From Longimicrobiales bacterium (lineage in GTDB: Bacteria; Gemmatimonadota; Gemmatimonadetes; Longimicrobiales; RSA9), in contig DASVCS010000015.1 of NCBI GenBank assembly GCA_036381495.1, positions 5,687 to 69,686 of the forward strand: 64,000 bases of DNA, given 5' to 3'. Position 1 is the first letter of the stretch. Each line of letters starts with the position of its first letter. A model generated the notes under the pieces. That model searched no databases. It had not been told where the DNA came from and saw nothing but the letters and a program-made list of their open reading frames with translations. Positions 8,847 through 16,693 of this stretch are shown piece after piece. The position numbers and the translations under genes were made by a program.

Positions 8847-9737
8847 ATGCACACGTCGATCGAATCTCTGCTCCGCGATGCGGAACGCACGGGTGCGCGA
8901 CTCCCCGACGTGGTTCTCGATCTGGAGGTGGCGGAGAGTGGGCAGGCGCCGGAGGAGATCCGCGCGCGCCTGCGCCGTACGCTCGAGGTCATGCGTTCCG
9001 CGATCGAGGAGGGGTTGAAGGGCGAGGTCCGTTCTCCCTCGGGGTTGACGGGCGGGCGCGCCGCGCGGCTGTGGCGGGACGGGCCGCGGCTGTTGGGCCC
9101 GCGAGTGACGGCCACGCTTGCGCGCGCCATTGCGACGCTCGAAGTGAACGCCGCCATGGGGTTGATCGTGGCGGCGCCGACGGCGGGCGCCGCGGGCGTG
9201 CTCCCGGCGGTGCTGCTCGGGACCGAGGAAGCGTTCGGACAGGACATCGACGACGAACGACTGGTCGATGCCATGCTGGTGGCCGGCGGAGTCGGCGGGG
9301 TGGTGGCGCACCGTGCTTCGCTCGCGGGTGCCGAAGGCGGGTGTCAGGCGGAAACGGGGTCGGCGGCCGCCATGGGTGCGGCGGCGGTCTGCTGGCTCGG
9401 CGGCGGAACGCACGAGCAGGTCGCGACGGCCGTCGCGCTGTCGCTCCAGGGGATGCTCGGCCTGATCTGCGACCCGATCGGCGGCCTGGTCGAAATCCCG
9501 TGCATCTACCGGAACGCGTCGGCGGCCATGCAGGCGATCGCCGGGGCGGAGATGGCGTTGGCCGGGCTGGATTTCCCCGTGAGCGCGGACGAGGTGATCG
9601 ACGTGATGGGCGAAGTCGGCCGGAAGATGCCCGTCGCGTACCGGGAGACGGCGCTGGGCGGGCTGGCGGCGACGCCGTCCGCGCGGCGGCTGGTGCAGAT
9701 CCAGCCGTCGCGGCGACCGACGGGGATCAGCGGCTGA
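8847..9737 (+). CDS. sdaAA: L-serine ammonia-lyase (iron-sulfur dependent), alpha subunit
   Basis: ORF 8787..9737(+); ATG at 8847 (MHTSIESLLRDAERTG...). It contains ATLEVNAAMGLIVAAPTAGAAGVLPAVL and GGCQAETGSAAAMGAAAV, the SdaA alpha signature. Confidence 0.85.
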   Translation: MHTSIESLLRDAERTGARLPDVVLDLEVAESGQAPEEIRARLRRTLEVMRSAIEEGLKGEVRSPSGLTGGRAARLWRDGPRLLGPRVTATLARAIATLEVNAAMGLIVAAPTAGAAGVLPAVLLGTEEAFGQDIDDERLVDAMLVAGGVGGVVAHRASLAGAEGGCQAETGSAAAMGAAAVCWLGGGTHEQVATAVALSLQGMLGLICDPIGGLVEIPCIYRNASAAMQAIAGAEMALAGLDFPVSADEVIDVMGEVGRKMPVAYRETALGGLAATPSARRLVQIQPSRRPTGISG

Positions 9738-9753
9738 GCGGCGGAGGCGGCGC

Positions 9754-10419
9754 GTGGTCTCTCTCTTCGACGTTCTGGGCCCGGTCATGGTCGGCCCATC
9801 CTCTTCGCACACGGCCGGCGCGTGTCGACTGGGGCTCATGGCGCGCGCGATCCTCGGCGGCACGCCGGAGCGCGCGCACATCGCGCTGCACGGTTCGTTC
9901 GCCGCGACGGGGGAGGGTCACGGCACACACCGCGCCATCGTGGGCGGGCTGATCGGGTTGGCCCCCGATGACCTCCGTCTGCGCCATGCGTACGCCGAGG
10001 CCGAAGCCGTGGGGTTGCATTGGGAGTTCGCGAAGGTCGACCTCGGTGAGGGCGCGCATCCGAACACCGCGGTGTTCAAGATCGAACGGGACGGCGAGAC
10101 GGTCGAGCTCCGCGGCGCCTCCGTCGGCGGCGGGCGGATCGAAGTGACCGAGATCGACGGCTTCCCGGTCTCGCTCAGCGGCGGGTATCACACCCTGGTC
10201 GTGCTCGCGCACGACGAGCCGGGCACGATCGCCACGATCGCCGGGATCTTCGCGCACGACCGCGTCAACCTTGCCACCATGCGAGTCGACCGGACCGGCC
10301 GGCACAAGGACGCGCTGATGACGATCGAGGCCGACGAGCCGATCTCGGACAAGGCGCTCGCCGAGATCCGCGCGCACGCGTGGCTCCGTTGGGCGCGGCG
10401 GATCGAGAAAATCTCGTGA
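9754..10419 (+). CDS. sdaAB: L-serine ammonia-lyase, beta subunit (with ACT domain)
   Basis: MVSLFDVLGPVMVGPSSSHTAGACRLG is the SdaA beta N-terminal signature. The C-terminal ACT-like segment is HTLVVLAHDEPGTIATIAGIFAHDRVNLATMRV. Confidence 0.85.
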   Translation: MVSLFDVLGPVMVGPSSSHTAGACRLGLMARAILGGTPERAHIALHGSFAATGEGHGTHRAIVGGLIGLAPDDLRLRHAYAEAEAVGLHWEFAKVDLGEGAHPNTAVFKIERDGETVELRGASVGGGRIEVTEIDGFPVSLSGGYHTLVVLAHDEPGTIATIAGIFAHDRVNLATMRVDRTGRHKDALMTIEADEPISDKALAEIRAHAWLRWARRIEKIS

Positions 10420-10528
10420 TGGCGCCCGTGCGCGCGGCGTACGGCGCACGGATCGACGCGTACGCGCGGCGGCCGACCACGAAACGGCCGCGGCGACATC
10501 CTCGCGGCACCGATCGCAGGAGATCGAC

Positions 10529-12568
10529 ATGATGTTTCCGGTTCGTTTGCGGCAGCGCGCCGCCGGCTCCTGGCTGTTGCTGTGCGCGCTGTCCCTTCCC
10601 CTCCCTCTCGCGGCGCAGACCCATGCCGGCACGACCGATGGCTGGACCCCGGCGCTGAGCATGCGCTACCGGACGATCCAGGGCACGGCCGTTTCTCCCG
10701 ATGGCGAGCGCGTGGCGTACGTGGTGCGCGAGCCGGTGATGGAGGGGGATCAGTCGGAGTGGCGGAGCCAGATCTGGCTCGTCGCGGCGGATGGCAGTCG
10801 CAACGTCCAGTACACGCGGGGCGAGGAATCGGCGAGTTCGCCGAGCTTCTCGCCCGACGGCCGGCTGCTGGCGTTCACGTCGTCGCGTTCCGGCGAGAGG
10901 CAGGTCTGGATCCTCCCGGTCGACGGCGGCGAGGCGTGGCAGCTCACGGATGCCGAGAGCGGCGTGTCGTCGTTCCGCTGGTCGCCGGACGGCGCGCGCA
11001 TCGCCTACACCATGCGGGATCCGGAGACGGAGGCCGAGAAGAAGGCGAAGGAGGAGAAGCGCTACGTCATCGTGGTCGACCAGGACTTCAAGTACAACCA
11101 CCTGTACGTGGTCGACCTCGAGCCGGACACCGCGGGTGAGCGTGAGGCGCGGCGGCTGACCGAGGGCGCGTTCCACGTCACGTCGTTCGACTGGTCCCCG
11201 GACGGACGCTCGATCATCTTTGCGCGCCAGCCGGATCCGCGGCTCGACACGGGGTACCGCTACGGCGACATCGCGGTGGTCTCGGTCGAGGGTGGTGCGC
11301 CGAAGCCGCTCGTGACGTGGGATGGCGTGGACGGCGACCCGCTCTACTCCCCCGACGGCCGCTGGATCGCCTTCGTCTCGACCGGCGAGCGCCCGGAACC
11401 GGTGGGGCTGGGCGACGTGTACGTGGTGCCCGCGGAGGGCGGCGCGCCGCGGAGGCTCGCGGAGACGCCGGACCGCAACGCGCGCTTGATCGGGTGGTCC
11501 GCCGATGGCGAGAGCGTCTACGTCACGGAGCCGGTCGGGACCACGCGGCAGGTCCTCGCCGTGCCGCTGGACGGGAGCCCGGTCCACGCCGTAACGGAAG
11601 GCGAGGGCGTCTTCGGCTCCGTCTCGATCGCCGCCGACGGCTCGCGGATGGCGTTCACCTTCGAGACGCCCGCTACGCCGGCGGACGTCTACATCTCGCC
11701 CGTGGCCGATTTCTCCATGACGCGCCTCACTGACGTGAACCGCGACATCCCGCGTCCACCGATGGGCCGGACCGAGCTGGTCCACTGGACGTCCAAGGAC
11801 GGCACGCCGGTCGAAGGCCTGCTGACCTATCCGGTCGGCTACCGCGAGGGCCAGCGGGTCCCACTGATCCTCAACGTGCACGGCGGCCCGGCGGGCGTGT
11901 TCACGCAGTCGTTCACCGGCGGGCCGAGCATCTACATGCTCCAGTACTTCGCGCAGGAGGGCTTCGCCGTCCTGCGGCCGAATCCGCGCGGGAGCACCGG
12001 TTACGGCAAGGAGTTCCGGTACGCCAACGTCGAGGACTGGGGCTACGGCGACTTCGAGGACCTGATGAGCGGCGTGGACCACGTCATCGCGATGGGCGTG
12101 GCGCATCCGGACAGCCTGCTGCTGATGGGGTGGAGCTACGGCGGCTACATGACGTCGTTCGCGGTGACGCGGACGGATCGCTTCAAAGCGGCGAGCATGG
12201 GTGCCGGACTTCCGGACCTGATCAGCATGGTGACGACGACGGACATCGGTCGCTACCTGGAAGCGCACATGGGCGGCCCGTTCTGGGAGGACTACGAGAC
12301 CTACCAGAAGCATTCGGCGATCTACCACATCGAGGACGTGCACACGCCGACGCAGGTGATTCACGGCGCGGAAGACCTGCGGGTGCCGTTCACGCAGGGG
12401 CAGGAGTTCTACCGGGCGCTGCGCCGCCTGGGCGTACCGACCGAGATGATCGTGCTGCCGCGCACGCCGCACGGGCCGCGCGAGCCGAAGCTGCTCATGG
12501 AGGTCTCGCCGCGTATCCTCGCATGGTTCACGAAGCACCTGCGTGGGGGCGGCGTGGCGGTGAATTGA
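10529..12568 (+). CDS. S9-family serine peptidase (beta-propeller plus alpha/beta hydrolase), secreted
   Basis: Signal peptide MMFPVRLRQRAAGSWLLLCALSLPLPLAAQ. TolB-like propeller repeats (SPDGERVAYV, SPDGRLLAFT, SPDGARIAYT, SPDGRSIIFA, SPDGRWIAFV). Catalytic GWSYGG motif, then the D/H region. Confidence 0.85.
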   Translation: MMFPVRLRQRAAGSWLLLCALSLPLPLAAQTHAGTTDGWTPALSMRYRTIQGTAVSPDGERVAYVVREPVMEGDQSEWRSQIWLVAADGSRNVQYTRGEESASSPSFSPDGRLLAFTSSRSGERQVWILPVDGGEAWQLTDAESGVSSFRWSPDGARIAYTMRDPETEAEKKAKEEKRYVIVVDQDFKYNHLYVVDLEPDTAGEREARRLTEGAFHVTSFDWSPDGRSIIFARQPDPRLDTGYRYGDIAVVSVEGGAPKPLVTWDGVDGDPLYSPDGRWIAFVSTGERPEPVGLGDVYVVPAEGGAPRRLAETPDRNARLIGWSADGESVYVTEPVGTTRQVLAVPLDGSPVHAVTEGEGVFGSVSIAADGSRMAFTFETPATPADVYISPVADFSMTRLTDVNRDIPRPPMGRTELVHWTSKDGTPVEGLLTYPVGYREGQRVPLILNVHGGPAGVFTQSFTGGPSIYMLQYFAQEGFAVLRPNPRGSTGYGKEFRYANVEDWGYGDFEDLMSGVDHVIAMGVAHPDSLLLMGWSYGGYMTSFAVTRTDRFKAASMGAGLPDLISMVTTTDIGRYLEAHMGGPFWEDYETYQKHSAIYHIEDVHTPTQVIHGAEDLRVPFTQGQEFYRALRRLGVPTEMIVLPRTPHGPREPKLLMEVSPRILAWFTKHLRGGGVAVN

Positions 12569-12571
12569 GGG

Positions 12572-12592
12572 GGCGGCGCCGTTGGCGCCGCC
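12572..12592 (+). terminator. GC hairpin 4 nt after the S9 peptidase stop
   Basis: GGCGGCGCC-gtt-GGCGCCGCC: a 9-bp perfect stem with no U-tract. It is immediately followed by the hexamer array. Confidence 0.35.
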
Positions 12593-12831
12593 GGGCTGGG
12601 GCTGGGGCTAGGGCTAGGGCTAGGGCTGGGGCTGGGGGTGCCCGGGAGGGGGTGCGGTGGAGGGGAGGAAGGCCCGGGTATGACCGACAGCGGTGGGAGC
12701 GGGCTGGGAACGGCCGGGAGCGGGAGCGGGAACGTTTACGTTTACGTTTACGGGAGCGGGATGGGGGCGGCCGGGGGCGGGGTGCGGGACGCGCGCGCGC
12801 TCGCGCACGGGAGGGGCTGGGGGCGGCGGGG
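12593..12831 (+). repeat. Repeat family A, composite G-rich element (copy A)
   Basis: Seven GGGCTR hexamers (12593-12634), then GGTGCGGTGGAGGGGAGGAAGGCCCGGGTATGACCG, then GGGAGC/GGGAAC hexamers, then (GTTTAC)3 within 12731-12754, then a GGGACGCGCGCGCG module. Colinear with 24946-25330. Confidence 0.85.
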
Positions 12832-12869
12832 ATCCAACGGGAAATCGCATGAACATCCGCGAGGGAGGG

Positions 12870-14744
12870 ATGATGAAGCACAGCGCGAGGATGATGCTGG
12901 TCGCCGCGGGGTTCGGCCTGTGCGCGGCGCTCGGGGCGCCGCCGGGGCTGGAGGCGCAGCAGACGGCCAAGCCGGTGCTGCATGGGAAGCACTGGGTGGC
13001 GATCACGGGGAAGCCGCTGGGGGCGACGGCGGGTGCGATGATCTTCCAGCGCGGCGGCAACGCGGTGGATGCGGCGTGCGCGATGCTGGCGGCCGTATCC
13101 ACGATGTGGGACGTGCTGAGCTGGGGCGGCGAGACGCAGGCGCTCATCTACAACCCGCACACGGGCGAGGTGATCGGCATCAACGCGCTGGGCGTGGCGC
13201 CGACGGGCGCGACGGCGGAGTTCTTCCGGGAGAAGGGGATGCGCTACCCGCCGGAGTACGGCCCGCTGGCGGCGGTGACGCCGGGGACGCCGGGCGGCCT
13301 CATGACGATGCTGGCCGAGTGGGGCACGATGTCGCTCGCGGACGTGCTCGCGCCGGCGATCGAGATGGCCGAGGGCTACCCGATCGAGGCGCAGACGGCC
13401 AACAGTATCGAGCGGGAAAAGGAGCGCATCAAGCAGTGGCCGTACTCGAAGGCGCTGTTCCTGCCGCACCTCGGGGAGGAGCGCGAGGCGCCGTACCCGG
13501 GCGAGGTCTTCCGCCAGCCGGACCTGGCGGCCACGCTCCGGAAGCTGGTCGAGGCCGAGCAGGAGGCGCTGGCGCAGGGGAAGAGCCGGAAAGAGGCGAT
13601 CTACGCCGCGTACGACCGGTTCTACAAGGGCGACATCGCCCGCGAGATCGTGCGCAGCGTCCGTGAACAGGGCGGCCTCTTCACGATGGAGGACCTGGCG
13701 AACTGGCAGGTGCACATCGAGAAGCCGGTGCACACGAACTACAAGGGGATCGAAGTCTACAAGCTGACGCACTGGATCCAGGGGCCGGTGCTCCTCCAGA
13801 TGCTGAACATGCTCGAGAACTTCGACCTGAAGGCGATGGGCTACAACAGCGCGCGCTACATCCACACGCTGTATCAGGTCATGAACCTGGCGTTCGCGGA
13901 CCGGGACTTCTATTACGGCGACCCGTACTTCCCGCCGGAGGAGCCGATCGAGGGGTTGCTCTCGAAGGAGTATGCGAAGCAGCGGATCCAGGAGATCGAC
14001 TGGGAGCGCAACGATCCGAACGCGGCGCCGGGCGACCCGTACCCGTTCCAGGGCGGGACGAATCCGTTCCTGGACCTGCTCGAGCAATGGAAGCGCCCGA
14101 CCACGGTGTCGCTCGGTGCGTGGACCCCGGAGGCGCTGCGCGAGTTCGACGAGGCGTTCTACGCGGGGACGACGTCGATTCAGGCGGCGGACGAGGAGGG
14201 CTGGGTCGTGTCCGTGACGCCGAGCGGCGGGTGGGTCCCCGCGGTCATCGCGGGCCACACCGGTGTCGGCTTGAGTCAGCGTATGCAGGCGTTCGTGGTG
14301 GAAGCGGAAGACGGCCCGTACAACGTGGTCGAGCCGGGGAAGCGCCCGCGCGCCACGCTGACGCCGAGCCTGGCGTTGAAGGATGGCAAGCCGTTTCTCT
14401 CGTTCGCGGTCCAGGGCGGCGACAGCCAGGACCAGAACCTGCTCCAGTTCTTCCTGAACGTGGTCGAGTGGGGGATGAACGTACAGGAGGCGGCCGAGGC
14501 GGCGAACATCAACAGCTTCCAGATGCACAGCTCGTTCGGCCAGCACGAGTCGGTGCCGGGACGGTTGCTGCTGAACGAGGCGACGCCGCCGTGGGTGCGC
14601 AGCAAGCTGCGGGAGATGGGGTACCGGCTGACGTTCGACGACCGCACCTCCGGGCCGATCAACGCGATCTACTTCGACCGCGAGCACGGGACGTTCTGGG
14701 GCGGCTCGAGCAATCACGGCGAGGATTACGGGATCGCCTGGTAG
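12870..14744 (+). CDS. ggt: Gamma-glutamyltranspeptidase-family hydrolase, secreted
   Basis: ORF 12693..14744(+), trimmed to the ATG at 12870 (GAGGGAGGG just upstream). Signal MMKHSARMMLVAAGFGLCAALGAPPGLEAQ. The family N-terminus is GKPLGATAGAMIFQRGGNAVDAACAM. The nucleophile region is YAGTTSIQAADEEGWVVSVTPSGG. Confidence 0.8.
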   Translation: MMKHSARMMLVAAGFGLCAALGAPPGLEAQQTAKPVLHGKHWVAITGKPLGATAGAMIFQRGGNAVDAACAMLAAVSTMWDVLSWGGETQALIYNPHTGEVIGINALGVAPTGATAEFFREKGMRYPPEYGPLAAVTPGTPGGLMTMLAEWGTMSLADVLAPAIEMAEGYPIEAQTANSIEREKERIKQWPYSKALFLPHLGEEREAPYPGEVFRQPDLAATLRKLVEAEQEALAQGKSRKEAIYAAYDRFYKGDIAREIVRSVREQGGLFTMEDLANWQVHIEKPVHTNYKGIEVYKLTHWIQGPVLLQMLNMLENFDLKAMGYNSARYIHTLYQVMNLAFADRDFYYGDPYFPPEEPIEGLLSKEYAKQRIQEIDWERNDPNAAPGDPYPFQGGTNPFLDLLEQWKRPTTVSLGAWTPEALREFDEAFYAGTTSIQAADEEGWVVSVTPSGGWVPAVIAGHTGVGLSQRMQAFVVEAEDGPYNVVEPGKRPRATLTPSLALKDGKPFLSFAVQGGDSQDQNLLQFFLNVVEWGMNVQEAAEAANINSFQMHSSFGQHESVPGRLLLNEATPPWVRSKLREMGYRLTFDDRTSGPINAIYFDREHGTFWGGSSNHGEDYGIAW

Positions 14745-14761
14745 GGGGCGGCCGATCCGGG

Positions 14762-15469
14762 CTACAACGGCTGGTCGAGGTCGGGGCGGTAGCGTGCGAC
14801 GGCCCGGCGCGTGATGGCGAAGGCGAAGAGCGCGGCGGCCGCGAGCGCCACGAGGAGCACGGAGGCCGCGGCGGGGAGCGCCCACGGCGGGATGGGGCCA
14901 TCGCGGAGCGCTACGGCGACGTCGGCGGGCCGGACGCGCTCGGCGATCCGGAGCAGCAGAATCACGGCGAGGGCGACGACGACGAGGGGCCAGCGGAGCA
15001 GTCGGGCGAACTCGAACGCGGCCGCCGCAGCGACCAAGACCCAGGAGGCGATGGAGAGCAGGAGCCAGAACCCCACGGTCGCGGCCGCGAGCAGCCCGCC
15101 GTGCAGGACGTCGAATGGTGTGGGCAGGTCGACCGCGGCCACGGCGATCCCAGCGAGCGCCGCCCCCGGCGCGAGCGCGAGTGCGGCGGCGGCGAACCGG
15201 GCCGCGGCGATTTCGCCGGCGGTCGCCGGCAGCGTGCACAGGAACTCGAGCGTGCGCTCCATCTTGTCGCGCACGATGGTCATCGGCGCGAGCAGGGTCG
15301 CGCCGATGGGCGTACCGATGAAGGCCGCCAGCAGGTTTTCCGTCGATGCCTTCCCGAGCAGGATGAACAACGCGGCCAGCACGAGCGCGGCGCCCTGAAC
15401 GCGGAGCACGGTTGGAGCAAGTCGCCGCAGCTCGAGGCCGAGGAGCGCCTTGAAGTGGCCCGCGCTCAT
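14762..15469 (-). CDS. ABC-2-type transporter permease (about 6 TM segments)
   Basis: ORF 14762..15655(-), trimmed to the ATG at 15469, which overlaps the TGA of the ATPase gene (ATGA). The sequence is hydrophobic throughout (MSAGHFKALLGLELRRLAPTVLRVQGAALVLAALFILL...). Confidence 0.7.
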   Translation of the reverse strand: MSAGHFKALLGLELRRLAPTVLRVQGAALVLAALFILLGKASTENLLAAFIGTPIGATLLAPMTIVRDKMERTLEFLCTLPATAGEIAAARFAAAALALAPGAALAGIAVAAVDLPTPFDVLHGGLLAAATVGFWLLLSIASWVLVAAAAAFEFARLLRWPLVVVALAVILLLRIAERVRPADVAVALRDGPIPPWALPAAASVLLVALAAAALFAFAITRRAVARYRPDLDQPL

Positions 15470-16242
15470 CGGCCTTCGAGGAGCCCGTACAGCGCGCCCG
15501 CCACGGAGCCTTCCCGCGCGCGCAACGCTTCGAGCGTGGTGTCGGCGCAGAGGACGCCCTGTTTGAGGACGACCACCCGCTCCGCCAACCACTCGACATC
15601 TTCCAGGAGGTGCGTCGAGAAGAGGACGATGCGGTCGCCGCCCGGCGGGGCGCATTCGCGGATGATCTCGATGACTTCGCGGCGCACGACGGGATCGAGG
15701 CCGGAGGTCGGCTCATCGAGCAGGAGCAGCGGCGGCCGGTACGCTTCGGCCGCGACGAACGAGAGCTTGACCCGCATCCCCTTCGAGAGCGCGCCCAGCT
15801 TCACCTCGTCGCGGAGCCCGAGCCGCGCGAGGAGCGACCGCTCGTAGTCGCGGTCCCAGGTCGGGAAGAAGCGCCGCAGGAAATCGAGATGCTGTCGCAC
15901 CGTCAACCACCGGTAGCCCAGCAGATCCTCAGGTACCAGCCCGATGCTCGTCCGGATCGCCGGGAGCGCGGACCGGACCTCGACGCCGTCGAGGTAGATG
16001 CCGCCGCGGTAGTCCGCGGCGAGCCGCCCGGCGATCGCCTTCAGGGTTGTGGTCTTCCCCGAGCCGTTGGGCCCGACCAGTGCGACCGCCTCGCCGCCGT
16101 GGAGGACGAGCGACATCGGTTCGAGCGTAAAGAGCGGGTAAGTCACCGAGAAGGCGCGCAGCTCGAGGCGTCGCTCCACCGGATGCGGCGGGCTGGTCGT
16201 GGCCTCCCCCCTCATCGTGGCGACCGTGGCCTCCGGTCTCAT
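15466..16242 (-). CDS. ABC transporter ATP-binding protein
   Basis: Walker A GPNGSGKTT, signature LSKGMRVKL, Walker B LLLLDEPTSGLD and an H-loop STHLL. The start is 16242 or 16215. Confidence 0.85.
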   Translation of the reverse strand: MRPEATVATMRGEATTSPPHPVERRLELRAFSVTYPLFTLEPMSLVLHGGEAVALVGPNGSGKTTTLKAIAGRLAADYRGGIYLDGVEVRSALPAIRTSIGLVPEDLLGYRWLTVRQHLDFLRRFFPTWDRDYERSLLARLGLRDEVKLGALSKGMRVKLSFVAAEAYRPPLLLLDEPTSGLDPVVRREVIEIIRECAPPGGDRIVLFSTHLLEDVEWLAERVVVLKQGVLCADTTLEALRAREGSVAGALYGLLEGR

Positions 16243-16693
16243 GTGCCCATCGAGTTTCGTATCGGGTGCGCGATTCCGCCGAGCCGGATCGTGCTACGAC
16301 ACGCGCCGAGGACCGGCTCGCGAGCTCGTCGTGTATGATCCGGTCGAAGCGGCGCGGCGGTGGCGGCCCGGCCCTCGAACCGCGCGACCAGGACGGCAAC
16401 GGCCATCAAGATAGCGCTGCACGGGGCGCGGCGGCGAGCGTCGGCATGCGACCCCGGGTCGCGGATGGATGCGGGCCGTGGCGGCCGAGGGACGCCGAAC
16501 CCTTGCTGCGCCGCAGGTTGCGCGGGGTCGTGCGGCGCGGTAACGTTCGCGGTTGCGCGCAAGCAGACCGTTCGATCGTGAGGAACCGCGTGGAGAGCGA
16601 AGTCGTCGTGGATGCGCGCGCCGGTGGTTCGGCGCGCCGGGCGCGGTGCCCCGGCCGATCCGTGGGACCCGAGGCGCCGGCGGATCGGGTCGG

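Noticed and set aside
8847-10419. Unusual order of the split serine dehydratase genes (alpha before beta).
   Set aside because: Both subunits are intact and adjacent. The order differs from what I recall for Bacillus, but this is a minor synteny variant with no evident functional consequence.
12638-12800. Family A repeats might encode Gly-rich peptides (GSGSGNVYVYVYGSG, GLGLGLGLG), for example a RiPP precursor.
   Set aside because: The frame of the (GTTTAC)n module relative to the nearest ATG differs between copies: NVYVYVY in copy A, ERLRLRE in copy B. The frames run on into the downstream gene without a stop. Copy 3 is an inverted palindrome. Conservation is at the DNA level, not the peptide level.
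16239-16562. Minus-strand ORF joined by an ATGA overlap to the ABC ATPase start; possibly the missing regulator.
   Set aside because: The translation (MRATANVTAPHDPAQPAAQQGFGVPRPPRP...) has no HTH or other recognisable feature and has shadow-like composition. The ATPase may in fact start at 16215.
16560-16693. A c-di-AMP (ydaO) riboswitch upstream of kup.
   Set aside because: Only a vague GUGGGACCCGA resemblance is present. The conserved CCCGAACCCG...CAGCUAACC core is absent.
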